From assembly GCA_002104945.1 (NCBI GenBank), contig MCFH01000022.1:744001-808000 (forward strand): a stretch of DNA of 64,000 nt. Direction: 5' to 3'. Source of the stretch: Piromyces finnis finn (taxonomy: Eukaryota > Fungi > Neocallimastigomycota). Of the stretch, positions 42,932-61,820 are shown one piece after another. How positions within the stretch are numbered: the first letter of the stretch is position 1; each line of letters starts with the position of its first letter. Both the position numbers and the translations under genes were made by a program. The notes under the pieces are model-generated. The model saw only the letters and a program-made list of their open reading frames with translations. It was not told the origin of the DNA and did no database searches.

Positions 42932-45900
42932 AATATATATTGTATTATATATTATATATACAAAAAAAAAAAAAAAAAGTTAATTATTATTTTAAAATTA
43001 CTTTTTTTTTAATATTGAATTATTATTATTATTATTATTATTATTATAATTTTAATATTGAATAAATTTACCCTAACATCATTATATTAAATGCCATGGA
43101 CAATGAAGTTTTATCCTCAAAAATAGGATTATGAAATCGTATTCCCATAATTAAAATGATGAAATTTAATAACGTTGCTAAAACGAAATCTCCTGCTAAC
43201 GTTGTAATAAAGTATACTTTCTTATTGATACCAAGGGAACGATATAACGAAAATACACCATTTTTATCTTCTTTCATTTTATTATATAAAAAGAATATAT
43301 TTGATATCATAATTATATATCCAAAGGTTCTAGCAATATTGTAAGAATTACTTTGCATAATTTCAACATCATTATATCCAAATGTTTTTACACTAGTACT
43401 AATTCTTTGCTTAACACCTTTACTATAAAGAATTGAATTACTAATGGCATTCATGGTAGATGGCAAAGAGTGAACTAAAGTTGAATTATAAATTAAATCA
43501 TAACGGTAACGATTTCTAGCTAATCTATAGCCAATAACATCAGATACATACATTGAATTTTCTAATAAATGACTTCTTGATAAATAATTAATATATCCTA
43601 ATTCATAGCGTTTAACGAATTTATCGAACACTAGAATATCCTGATTTGCCTTATTTTTAACATATTTAAGAATTTTATAACTTTTTGCTGTTATATTAGA
43701 ATTTATATCATAATTCCATACATATGATCTATCATTATAAAAATATTCAGTATTCATGGACTTAGTTTCAGACTCTTTAAAAACCTTACTTGAATTTACT
43801 TCATAATTATCAAAGGCAAAAACAACTAATGAAATAGGTATGAGAACTGACCAAAATAGATATTTATGATTTTTTAGGGTATTTAAAATTCTATTCTTGG
43901 TGATAATTCTCATGTATCGTGCTTCATATAAATTAATATATTGATGTGGATGAGGTATATTTCTAAAAATACTCTTTTCATTTTTGATATCTTTAGTATC
44001 TAAATCTAATAATTCGGTATCATAACTACCATCATCTAAACGATTATATACATCTTGAAGAGATGGATGCGATATGGTATACTCTTTGATAATACCCTCA
44101 TTGACGGCTTTATCTAAAATTTTATATATTTCACTCATTGGGTTCATGATTGAATATGGAATTATCCATGTTTGTCCCATGTTTATATCTAAAATTTTCT
44201 TTTTACCAATATTTCTTATTAGCGTTGCTTTTGGACAAGACCGTTTTAATAATTCATCTACAGTTTCAGGTAAAGCTGTTTTAATATTGAAATAATCATG
44301 CGATATAATATTATTTGTGATGAATGCATTATTTCCGCTACAATGTACAATACCATTAACAATAATCAATTTAATTTCTGTATAAATTTCTGCCTCTGTA
44401 ATATCTTCAGTAAACACAACTATTGTCCGATCTTTTCTACAACGATTGATATACTCCCATATTCTTTTTTTATTCATAGTATCAAGACCTTTTGTTGGTT
44501 CTTCCAAAAAGACATATTTTTGTTTTGCCATTAAAACCATACCAATAGATAATATTCTTTTTTGAACTTGACTTAACCTTGGTATAATATAATCTTTATA
44601 TTTAAACAAACCCATATCATTCATTAAAAGATTTATATCCAATTTCTTATTTAAAAGTTTATTCATAAATATTAAATTTTGTTCAACTGTTAAACCGTCA
44701 AATGTATTATTATACTTCGAACATAAACCTATTACATTTAATTAAATAAAATATAATATAGAGGTATATAAATTGCAATACAATAACAATATAAAAAACA
44801 TTTGAAAAAAGAAAAAAAAAAATTAGTATACTATTATTAAAGTTTTAATCCTATCATTATTAAAAAATATATTATTAAAATATATATTTATTTAATATCT
44901 TACCGATATCTTTTTTAATTTTATTTAATTCCGAGGATAATTTCTTGCCATTATATAAGATATCTCCAGAATCTGGTTTAATATTTCCAAGCATAATATG
45001 CATTAATGTTTTTATTCCTGATCCTGGTTTACCTACTATACCATATATTCCTTCTAATGGTATTCCAAAACTAACAGATTGAAGAATTGGAATATCAGTT
45101 TTTTTTGTATATTTTACTTTTTTACTAATATTAGTTACTTCAATGATAGGATCATTTATTTTTTGATTTAAGCTTGGTATTTGTTTATTGTTTTTTTGAA
45201 TTACTCTATAATTATATTTAATAATTTGATGATAATCCGTCAAATACTCTTTGCGTACTTCTCTTGCCGTCAAGATTTTTTCCAAAATAATGGATACTAC
45301 AAAGTATAAAATTGTAGAAAATGTTAATAAACATAAGAAAATAAGTATATCCCCATGAAACAAATCTTTAACTTCTATATGATTGGTAATTCCAACTTCC
45401 GATGTTATTTCCTTTACTAGCGAAATGATACCTACTGGTGATATTATTGCTGATAAAAGCATTCTCCAACTTTTTTCTATGTTTAATATATAGGTTGTAG
45501 AAAGCACAGCAACTATAGAGAGATATATATACATTGATTCTGCATACTTTAATTTTTTAAGTATTACCGAGTATAAATATGCCATTCCAATGGCGCTCAT
45601 TCCATATATTTCAAAAATTATGATATATACTGATGTTTCAATATTATTTATTAACCCTAGTAATTGTAGAGAGTATGTTATTAATATTGTCCCAAATATA
45701 AATTTTACCGAATATTGAATAAGCCATGATAAACTAAAAAATGAACTATTAATACCAGATAAAACGAAAGCCTTTTTAGTTTGTGAACCTTTTTCATCTA
45801 AAATAAAACGTACAATATCTTTTGATAATATCATAAATAATCCTACGATACAAGGTAAAAAAATATGATAATCTAATACTGAATTATCTTCGCAGTAATG

Positions 45901-46974
45901 CTGTGGTTCTTCAAATTGTGCAAGATTGACATCATATCTGAAATTTTTATTATTCGAAACTAATTTTATAATTGCTTCATCTATCGCTTTTTGAATAGGG
46001 CAAAAAAATACTTCATACATTGATTTTTTAGGATCAATTAGAAATCCATATTGCTTAAAAAAAGAAGATCGAGTACGTTTAAATATTTTTTCTATTTTTT
46101 GATGATGTGGAATTGGGTCTTCCGTATTTGGTGGCAACAAAGCCTTATCGATTTTTATTGTATAATTAAATAAACTATCATTAAATATTATACCTATAAT
46201 AAATCGTGAAGATTTTTTATAAATTTCATTTAAATATTTTTCATCATAATATGTTCTATATATGTAACTCTCTGGGGAAATATTTTGGAATATTTCACCT
46301 GTCATAATTAAATCTATAAAAGTATTTGAAATACTTCTAAATTTTCTATCTCTTGGTAAAACAAATGCAAATAAAAAGCTTTCATCAAAACTTTCTGAAC
46401 AATGATTAATATCATAGCCGTTAAGAGTATATAATTCTGTTATTTTAGTTTCTTCAACATAGCATGTTAATTTAGGTGCTATATATAATATATATGGTAC
46501 TTTATATTTCAAAGAGTATAAAACAAAATTTATATTTTAATATAAGGAATAGTATAATAAATTATATATGAATTTAATATTATATATAAAAGCATTACAT
46601 AAAATTAATAATAGCAATGAATTAAAACCATTTATTTTTTTATTCTTCCAAAAAAATGCACTAAAAGTGTTTATATATGAATTCTATCGGAAAGAAATAA
46701 TATAAAATGAATAAATGTTGTTAGTATAATTAAAAATGATGATATTACTCTTTTAAACTAACTTAATATATATTTCTTTTCTTTTTGATTTATAAACAAA
46801 ATTTATTATTTCATTTTAAAAATTATACATTAAAGGATATAAAGATATATGTATATATTGCTACTACTACTGCTACTACTACTAATATTATTATTATTAC
46901 TATTATTATTATTATTATTATTATATATATTATATATTTCTTTTTTTTAAAAAAATATATATACAACTTACCAT
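41274..46974 (-). CDS. ABCA-family full transporter (TMD-NBD-TMD-NBD) with degenerate ATPase motifs, 5 exons
   Basis: Coding exons: ATG only (46972-46974), 46599-46683 (NSYINTFSAFFWKNK…), 44904-46499, 43072-44728 and 41274-42864; all splice phases are compatible. ABCA hallmarks: FCPIQKAIDEAII, LEEPTKGLD, SLQDVY, LDEPTKG, TLTDIY. Confidence 0.88.
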
Positions 46975-47589
46975 TTGATGTGATAGTATTTAATAATTTT
47001 TATTTTTTATTTTAATAAATTTTAATTGTAATTATTAATTTTTATCTTATTAATAATATAAATTTGAATTTTTTTTTTTTTTTCTTATTAAATTGATAAG
47101 ATTTTTGTTTTCTATCTTGTTTTCTAAATCGCTCAATTTGTATAAGTAATTTAATGGTATATATATAAAATATATAAATTAAATATACATTTTTTTTTTT
47201 TTTTTTTTAATTATTTACAAACTGTAAAATTTTATTAAATGCTTATTTTATTTATTTTATTATATATAAACAATTTTATATGTTATTTCCTCCTCTTAAT
47301 AAAAGATTGCTGTTGAATTGAATGGTTTCTTTTTCTTTTCTTTTTTCTTATTATTTAATTTTAAAAATATTAATTTATCTTTTTTTTTTTATTTTTATAT
47401 TTTATATATATATAAATTATTTTTTTTTTTTTTTAAAATATATTAAGATCTATTAATATATTAATATAATTGGAGAAATTACAATAAAAGATTCTAAATT
47501 TATATATTGGTATAAAAATATAAAAATATAAAATTTTGGGTTATGATTTTTAATTATGAAAATAATAATGTTAAATGTTATGAACTATC

Positions 47590-48720
47590 TTTAAATACAA
47601 CAAGTTAGCATTAATGAATGGAAAGATGAATATATTAAAGCATTTCAAAAAGAAAAATTCAACAATTTATATAATAATGGACTTATGAAAATAGTAAAAA
47701 AAAAAAAAAAAAGAAACGAAACTATATAATAAAATTATTAATTCAACAAAATACTTTTTATATTATTATATAAGATAAAAATGTATAACACTAGTTGTAT
47801 CAAATATTAAAACGGATCATTATTTATCTTATATACCAAAATCCAATTACTATACTAGTAACTAATCTAGGATGGAGTATTCAACAATTGATATTATGTA
47901 AGCATATTATTATGAAGACATCAATTTCTAAGCGACTCCAACTATAAATAGATATATTAGAATTTAAACAAAATTCTATATATTCTTTATCAATCCAAAA
48001 GGCAATCATATGAAATCATTACGAAATTTAGAAAATTATGAGTATTGATATTATAAAAAATTATAAAAGAATGTAAACAATTGATTCTTATATAATTCTT
48101 ATATTATTATTGTACAATTAGTTATTGAATAAATTCTAGTAGAATAAACAAACTCTAGAGAATATTTAGTGTTAAACAAACTTCTTGTTATAGTAAAAGC
48201 TTATCATAGTGTCATATAATGAAAATAAATATAACCGATATTTAGAAAAGAGAAATATTAAAACATAATAAAAAAAAAGTTTATATTATTTACAGATTAA
48301 TTCTTAAAAACATTTACCAAAATAATAATTACAATAAATTCCACGTGTAATCATAAATATATGCTGATAATATGATAATCCCACATGCATTCTATAATTA
48401 TAATTAATAAAAAAAAATAAATTTAGAATTCCCAACTTGTTACATGAATACGTAATTTTAATTAAAAAAAGGATATATCAAAAGAAACAAAGAAACTTTA
48501 AATTTTATTAAAGAAATTTAATATAAGAAAAGCAATACACATCATACATGGTAGATAATATATGAAAAAAATAAAGAAAATATTTGATATTACATTACAA
48601 ATAGTATTCTAGATTCTTAAATATTCATAATAAAAATTTTTATGATCTAGATACTCTATTATGTTGAAGATTCAATTTTACTAACTAGAAAAAGTAGTAA
48701 CGTTTTTCTTTATTTAAATT
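47590..48720 (+). mobile_element. Highly decayed Ty1/copia LTR-retrotransposon RT-RNase H remnant
   Basis: Broken frames give EWKDEYIKAFQKEKFNNLYNNGLMKIVK (compare W..A..EL..L..N..W.IV) and LNKILYILYQSKRQSYE (compare LKKALYGLKQ..R.W). Many stops and frameshifts; no LTRs recognised. Confidence 0.55.
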
Positions 48721-48797
48721 TCATGTTAATTTATAATGGAAGGAAAATAAATATGCCAATGTTGATTTTTCTGATTTTTCTGGTAATTACAAAACGT

Positions 48798-48830
<33 letters not shown>

Positions 48831-49869
48831 TTGGAGTCTATACTATAACGAAATAAGTAAATTATACCAAAAGAAATAGAAAACATTATCAACTTAAAAC
48901 GGTTGTAAAGAATTAATAAGAAATGAATTAGATTGTTAAAAGAAATAGGAAATGTATCAAAATTAATAATATTAATATATTTAAATGATTTATTAACTAT
49001 TCAATATAAACAAATTCTTATTATAAGAATTCAATTGAAATGTTTTATTTTTAATTCAACTTAGAAATATCTATAAAAAGAACTCAAAAAAGTCTTTTTA
49101 AAATTATGAATTTGTGTAACCATTAAAACTTTAATTTATAATTTTTTTTATTATATTAATAATAACCTAAAGCTTGAAAAGATTATTTTCTCTTCTAATT
49201 CATTTTAAAAATATAATACTATCAAAGTATTTAGTATCATATTTATAATATATAATATAAACAATAAATAATTAGTAATTAGTATAATTTAAATATTTTA
49301 TTAATCGTACTAGTATTAGTTACATAATTTTAGGCTTTTTCTAAATTTAATCAAAAAAACAAAGCATGAATTTAATTTTAGCTTTTGCACTATTTTAAGA
49401 CTTCCTGACTAAGAAATTTATTCACTTATTATAATTCTGACAAACTTAGTCAAAAAAAAGTTAATAAATGTAAAAATATAATAGTTTTTATTTATATTTT
49501 ACTAAATAAACATAAAAATAATATTTCAAAAAACAAAAATAATAGCTTTAATCAAGCTCCATTAAACTATTAAATGTTTATTATTATAATTATCTAAAAG
49601 GAAAAGGGTATTCTATTATATTAATGATGTATATATATAATGAATATTTTTAATCTTTCAAACATTAAAATTGCCAAACAATACTATTGAAAATAAATAA
49701 TTTTGAAAAAAAAAAAAAAAAAAAAAAAAAAACACTTTCTTTTAAGTTTGCATTAAAAATGTTATAGTAATAAATACAATGAAATAATTGCTTTTTTTTT
49801 ATTTAATTAATACATTATTTTTATATTAATATAGTTTTATTAATAAAAAATAAAAATAAAATAAAATAT

Positions 49870-49915
<46 letters not shown>

Positions 49916-50357
49916 AAAAATATTTTTCTATATTCAAATTAAAAAGAAAAAAATAAAAATATATTAATGCTAATTTGATAAATTAATTTTTGTTATCATA
50001 TATACATTTTTTTATGAATTCTTTAATAAATACAAACTTTTTTAAATAATACTAGAAATATTATTTTCTTAGCTTTTTTTTTTAAAAAAATAATCATTTA
50101 TATAATAACATTATATTATTATCTAATAATAAATAATATTAATATAAGCATTAAGTCGTATTATTATTATTAAATATTATTAAATTATAGAATAATAACT
50201 TATACTTAATATCAATATTTCTTTTTTTAAAAAAAATTATTATTTACAACATTTTAAAATATATATAGTTTTAGAAAATACTAAAAATAAAGATTACTGA
50301 TAAAAAATATTATTATTGATATTTCTTTTTAAAAATTATTAAATTGATAAATATTTA

Positions 50358-54797
<4,440 letters not shown>

Positions 54798-55055
54798 TAG
54801 AAATATAATGATATTTTTTATATCAATTATTATAAATAATTGATACTTGTAATAATAATAATAATAATTATAAAATGAACTTTCTTGATACTATTTTTTT
54901 TCTTCCTTTCTTTTTTTTTTACACACTTATCACTATTTTGTCTTAATTATTAATTCATAAAGCCTTAAGCAATACAGTGAACAAGAATTAAACAATCAGA
55001 ATGATACTATTTTAAATATAATCTAATATATATATATGACTCCAAGTATTATTTC

Positions 55056-55094
<39 letters not shown>

Positions 55095-55347
55095 AAATTT
55101 AAATTATTATTGTATATATGTCTCTTACTGTATATTTTTATTTTTTTTGCTTATATAATTATAGTTTTTTTATCCTTATATTAAATGCTATACTTTATAA
55201 ATTATTTTTAAATAATGAAGTATTTTTTTTATTTACTTATTAGTGAAATTTAACTATCAATAATAGTATTAAACACTTTTTTTTTTCCTTAAAGTCAAAG
55301 CATTAAAAAAAAATATGAATAATATACGTATAATATATATATATATA

Positions 55348-55471
<124 letters not shown>

Positions 55472-57763
55472 GTTATATCAAATAGTATTATTATATTTAT
55501 TGTATTTATATTTCGCGAAAATAATTATTAAATAATAAAGTATCTCTCCATTGCCCGTAACATCAAAACACGCTATTTTCTTTACTTATTATTCTTTTTT
55601 TTCTTTCTTTTTTTTTTATTGTTTTATTTTTTTTCAACTTAATAATATATGATGCTCTTCTCTTATTAAAAAAAAAATGTTGATGTTTTTATTATGAAAA
55701 TATTGTTATTATAACTGGTTGAATATTGTTAATATTAAATTTTCTAATTTTTTTTTTTTGTTACAAATATTATAGTTGTTTTATAATATAAAATTATAAG
55801 AAAATAGAAAAATATTTAATAATCAGATATGCTTATAATATATAGTTTATATTAGTATATTGCAATATTTTCTATTGTAAAAATATAATTTAAATGGAAT
55901 GTTAAAATTATTGTAAATTTCTTCATTTTCATTCAACTATTTCATGAGTGAAGTATTTATATATTAATAATTATTGATATCAGAACTGTTTTGATTATAA
56001 TATCAGAGTTTTATCGTTTTCAACCATACTAATTTCCAAAATATATAGCTATATGTGTATTTCAATGAATGAATAACAATTTAATAAAAAAAATAAAATA
56101 AATTATAAAATGAAAATATATATGTATATAAAAAGAAAAGATAAAAAAATAAATAAGTTAAAAAATAAATAATAAATAAATATTTGAAATTAAATTAAAA
56201 ATTTAATTATTGAAATTTTAAATTAACATTTTATATTAAAAAAAATTTTTAATACATACAGAAAAAGATTTTTTAATTTAAAACTTTTTTTTTTTAAAAA
56301 AAATCTTTTTATTATTTATTAATGGTGGTAAAAAAAAAAAAAAGTAATTTTTAATTATTATCATTATAAAAACTGCTTACATCCTTTTTTATATACCTGT
56401 AATTATTAAATAATAATAAAGTTATTAAAAGTATTTTTTTTTTATATTAAGCTATCAAAAAAATTATTAATATTAAAAAATAAAAAAATAATACAATTAA
56501 AAATTAAAATTTTTTAATTATTTTTTAAATATAAATTAATTTTTTAGGTTATTAAAAAACCATTTATTTCATTTATAAAATATTTTTATTTGAGTTATCA
56601 CTAACTTTTTTTATTTTATTCATATATAAAAAGATACTTTTTTTTCACTTTTTAAACAAAAAAAATCATTATTATTATTATTTTAATAAGAATAAATTGG
56701 AATAAAATAGTCCTTTAAATTATTAATGATAAAAAAAAAAAAAAGAACAAAAATATATTATATATAATATTATCTTTATAAAATTCAACCTTCAGAAAAA
56801 AATTATATAATGGTATAAAAGGTTTCAACTAACAATACATATTGTCTATGCTATTGAATGTTAGATGTTATATTTTGTTGAGGTTCAGTTAATAATAATT
56901 TAATAATAAATTTTATTTATTGGCTTGACTATAAAATGCTATGTTTTTTTTAAAGTTATATATACATTCTAATTTCAAACAAAAACTTATAATTTAAGAA
57001 AAGAGATTGATTATACCTATACATATTTGTTCTGTTTAGTTAAAATTCAATATAAAAAAAAGTGGTAGAAGTTAACTACTACAATTCAAAATTAAATATC
57101 AAATAAGATTTGTATAAAATTTGTAGTTGAGATTAAGAATGTATTGAAATATATTATAAAGTATATTACTGAAGGCGTTCTAAACACATTAATATGTTAA
57201 ATCATTAACTTTTAAAAGGAAAAAAAAAAAAAAACTTTTTTTATAATATTACTGAATGAAATCCTTGACTCAAAATTATAAAAGCTAATAATAATAATAA
57301 TTTAATATATCTCGTTTCTAAAAAATTGTATTATATGTATTATATGTATTATATGTATTATATGTATTATATATTAATGCTAAGTTATAAATTATATATT
57401 TTATATATATATATATTATGTTTATTATTATTATGTTTATTATATTTATTATTATCATTATAATTATTATTACAATATCACCATTATTACTATCACAATT
57501 CATAATTGTTACTTCTATTGTTATCATTATTATTACTATTATAGGTGTTATTATATTGTCTGTTGTTGTTGTGTTGTTGTCGTACTTGTTGTTGTAGCTA
57601 TTGTTGTTGTTAGCATTATTAGTAAAACTATTTAAATATCTTTTATTAAGAAATTTTAACTATCTAGCTATAATGTATACTATTACAACAAAAGAATGTG
57701 TTTCCTTAACTAATATTAGGATACATATACTTTATTGATGTATTCAAACTATTATTTTTTGTG

Positions 57764-60700
57764 TTTTTTTTTTTTTTTTTAGGATGAATTAGTATAAATT
57801 CTAGATTCATGTTGGGGCCAGGTTTATACTAAATTCCCTGGTTATATATTTTTAAAAATTATTTTTTACATTGGTCCTTAGAATTCTGTAAGAAATTGGT
57901 CATGATACTTTGATTCAAATAAAACAGAATCCTTGTTATATTACTCTTACAAAATTAGTTTTTTTTTTTTTTTCTCAAAAAAGTTGATGAATTTTTTTTC
58001 TGGTCTGAGAGGTCTATAGTTTTTTTGGTATTCACAAGTCATGCCAAACCCTTCATTTAGAAAATCCTTACTGTAAAGGTATATTATTACTATTATTTAT
58101 ACTTTTTTAGGCTATTATATAGCTCAATTGGAAATGTTTATATAAAACATAGTGAAATCATGATGAAATCCAAGTGAATTAATCATGTAAAAATTAAAGA
58201 TCCATTTTTATTTGAGGATTACAACCCTCATTTGTCCTTTCCATTTTTTTTTTTTTTTTTTTGCTTCGTGTTTGATTTTTTTTCAATTGATTTTTCTAAT
58301 ATTTTAAATTGCTCTAATTGGATTGTCTTTCTAATGGTTTAGGAAATTTAAATGAAGTTCTTTCTATTTAAAGATTTGTTGATATCTTGAACCCAGAGGT
58401 GATATCCTCATCTTCTTTCGACATTGATCATATTCTTGTCAACTTAAAGATGAAAAAAAATAGTGATTTCATCTTCTGGCTCTTTTATTGACGGTTACTT
58501 TGTATCAAATCATAAACCTTGTATCATATCCACAACATGGACAGACACGAAGGCAGTCAGGTGTAACTCTACTGGCAATAGCAATTCTGGTAGTGTTTTC
58601 ATAGTCGCATCGAATATAAATAATTCAAGTAATTCCTAAATTTAAGTGAGGTATGTTGAGACCGATATACATTAGGCAATTTGAATTAAGGAATTTGTTG
58701 TTAGTATATCTGAGGGCTTTAATTTCATTATTTAGGCTACTATTATTCCAATAATGTTCTCTAATATCTTTAGTACTTTTAATATTTATTTTCATAAGCT
58801 TCTTATATAGTGAACAAGATTCTTTGGCCCAGGAGTAATGAGATACGGAAGGAATAGATCGAACGAGATCTTTAATAATATAATTTGATGTTCTCTATTT
58901 AACAAAACATCTCACTTGATACATAGCACAAATACCTGAAAGTGTTGGAATCCTTAAATCCCTTGTAAGAGCATACAGACTAATAAATGAATTTCGTTCA
59001 AAAACAAAATTCTTGTTATTCAGATTTTTATTGAGAAAGCTATTGACGCTCCAAAAAACAGCAGTATTGATAAGAGATTAGACTCTGCGAGTTCTATTTT
59101 TGTTGGAGCCAAGTAATAGAGCATAATAAGAGACTTTACTTAAAATATAGGAATGAATGACTATATTTTTTAAACCAATAGGAACACAATTGTTAGTGAG
59201 AAAGCTCTTAAAAGAGAATAAAGATTTCTGAACTTTTTTATACATATTAGACAGAATAGGAGTCAGAGAAAGATCTTCGTCGAATGGGATTCCAAGATAG
59301 ATAGGTATAGTAGGAAGCCTTTGGAATCAAGTACATGCCAATGTAAAATGTTGGATCTACATAACTAGTGGATCCATTAAAGTTGATAGGTTTAACAACG
59401 ATAGTTGCACACTATGTTTATTCCAAAAGATATTTCATTTAAATTAGCCCAATCGGGTATTAGATTAAGCATCTTTTGAAGGATCTTCTTGTTAGGAGCA
59501 ATTAGAACAATGTCATCAGTAAAAAGACCACCAGAGCAACGTTTATTTCCTAAACTAACACCAAGCCTTTTACATTTATTTAAAATATTGTTGATGAAGA
59601 GATTAAATAGAATAGGAGAAAGAGGACATTCTTGTCTTACACCACGATTGATAGGAAATCCATTAGAGAGCATATCCAAAAAAAGTACACGAGAATATAT
59701 AATAAATAGTATATAAATAGTATTGTTAATATTTAATTAATATAAAGGTAATACATGGACTATATTCAATTTGCAGTTTACTCAAATTGAATCAAAAGTG
59801 TATTTAATTAATTTTAGTTTTATTATTTAATTAAATTAGTATTAAATTAGTTTTGTTTATTTTATATTGAATAATTAAATGAGCTTTTGAGGTAGAGTAG
59901 AGATTATTGAGAAAATCAAAACATTTACCACGTATGCCTAATTTATACAACTTTATAATAATATTAAATATAGGAACCGAGTCGTATGCTTTTTTGAGGT
60001 TAAAGAAAGCAATATAAGTGGCTTTTCCTTTAAACTTTCTTCTTTGACAGATTTCTCCAATGGAAATAAATAAGCTAATGCATTCTTCTTTATTACGAAA
60101 ACCAAATTGCTCAAGTAGGATAAAGTTATGAGAAAGAACATTCTTTGAAATTCTATCAGTTACGATTTTTGAAATGATTTTAAGGCCTACATTGATGAGA
60201 GAAATACCACGATAATTATTACGGTCTAAAAGATCACCTTTCTTTGGAATAGAGACAATGGAAGCAGAGTTCCATTTCAAAGGAAAGGATCCATTCCAAA
60301 TTTTATTAAAAATTAATTTAAGACAATTTCCAACAGACTCATGTTCCTTTTCTAGTTCTTCGTTACAAAAAATAAAAATTTTAAAGAATTCAATTGGGAT
60401 ACCATCGAGACCTGGAACTTTAGGATTAGCACGTCTGTGTACTGGTTTATAGTTTAGTAGGCATGGAGAAGAAATTGCATTACTACAAAGGAATTGGCTG
60501 TTACCTACTTCTTGAAGGCAAACACATACAAGTTTGAAAATTGTGTAGTAAAGTACAGAGCCTCGTCCTTTTTCTCAGGGTTCCTACCATTGATGTTCTA
60601 GCAAGTACATAAATTGAAAAAGGAAGCATTAGAATTTAAGTGACTAAAGTTGATATCGTCAGAGAGTGAACCAGTCATGGATTTAATAGAACGTTTGTTT

Positions 60701-61040
60701 TTATAAGATCTATTATTTTTGAGTTTATCAATGAATTTCCAAAATATTTTACTAGAAATTGGGAGTTTATTGAAAAGGGAGTGTATGAGTAGCATGACTT
60801 TTAGCGGACATTTACCGTCGACTTTTAGAATGAAATAATTACCGAGAGATTGTGAATATTTTTTGGTAAGGGAATGGAGGACTTTATTGAAAAGCTGAAT
60901 ATCTTTTAATAAGAATTCCAATAATCGTTGTTTGAACCATGAACTAAGATCATGAATAAGATATAATTTATTTGAGTTAGATCCGAAGAAGTGTAGACCT
61001 CGTCGTAAGGTGAGCAAAATACAATTGATATTGTTCATTT
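57764..61040 (-). mobile_element. Decayed, 5'-truncated non-LTR retrotransposon (LINE) with RT domain, C-terminal Cys motif and poly(A) tail
   Basis: PGLDGIPIEFFK, SIPKKGD…NNYRGISLI, QFGFR, KKAYDSVP, GVRQECPLSPILFNLFIN, GLFTDDIVL, YLGIPF and a CPCC motif near 58530. T17 at 57764-57780 is the probable A-tail on the minus strand. Frameshifts and stops throughout. Confidence 0.9.
59694..59880. mobile_element. 187-bp AT-rich insertion in the LINE RT, flanked by a GAG/GAG 3-bp duplication
   Basis: Removing the insert plus one GAG restores …STSKA-R-VLFLDMLSNGFPINRGVRQ in frame. Confidence 0.7.
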
Positions 61041-61076
61041 TTAAAGGAACTTATTATGGGAAAATAGTTATTAAAA

Positions 61077-61148
61077 ATTGATATTGATATTGATATTGAT
61101 ATTGATATTGATATTGATATTGATATTGATATTGATATTGATATTGAT
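61077..61148. repeat. (ATTGAT)12 hexamer microsatellite at the 5' edge of the LINE
   Basis: Read directly from the sequence. Confidence 0.95.
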
Positions 61149-61820
61149 AAATAATGGATAAAATTAAAATAAAATAGTAATATAATAGTATATAAAAAAT
61201 ATTAGTAAAAACGGATATATTGAATAGTTAGTGAATTATTTGTCAAACAATGTTTTAATTTTAAAACTTGACAATGTTGCTGAAAAACTTAGTTTTAACT
61301 TTACTAAAAACTTCAAATTGGATATAAATTTATATTCTGTCACTTTTAATTTCTGAACTATAACTGTATTTTATATTTTTTTAAATAGATTAATACTGTT
61401 TGTTGGTTGACTATTGTGTTATGTTGATTCTGATAGTTGGATTTAATTATTCATTTATGTTGAAAGTAGAATGATAGAAGAATGAAAAGTTATTATACCA
61501 TATTACAAAGGGTAAAGGATTTAAAGAATTTAAATAAAGAACATAATAAAATTTCAAAAATAAAATTGAAACAAAAGTAATATATATAATGAAAAAAAAA
61601 CAAGAATACTCGATTTTCCAGGATTTAAGTTTTATTGACAAAATGTTAATAGAAAAAAAAAAAAAAAAAAAAAAAAAAAGGAGTTTAATACTTACCATGA
61701 GAGTCCATAATAAACCTAATAAAATTATACAAATATATAGATATATATATAATATAAAGTATAAAAGATATATAGAAAGGAGATAGAAAAAGTATATAAA
61801 AGAAAGTTAGTAGAAAGAGA

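Noticed and set aside
61077-61148. Regular repeat next to a reverse transcriptase, raising the idea of a CRISPR- or retron-like array
   Set aside because: Pure hexamer microsatellite with no spacers; the RT is a standard LINE type.
61688-61700. ATACTTACC resembles the U1 snRNA 5' end
   Set aside because: The downstream sequence is AT-rich with no U1 stem-loops or Sm site at the right spacing. It is better read as the reverse complement of a 5' splice site.
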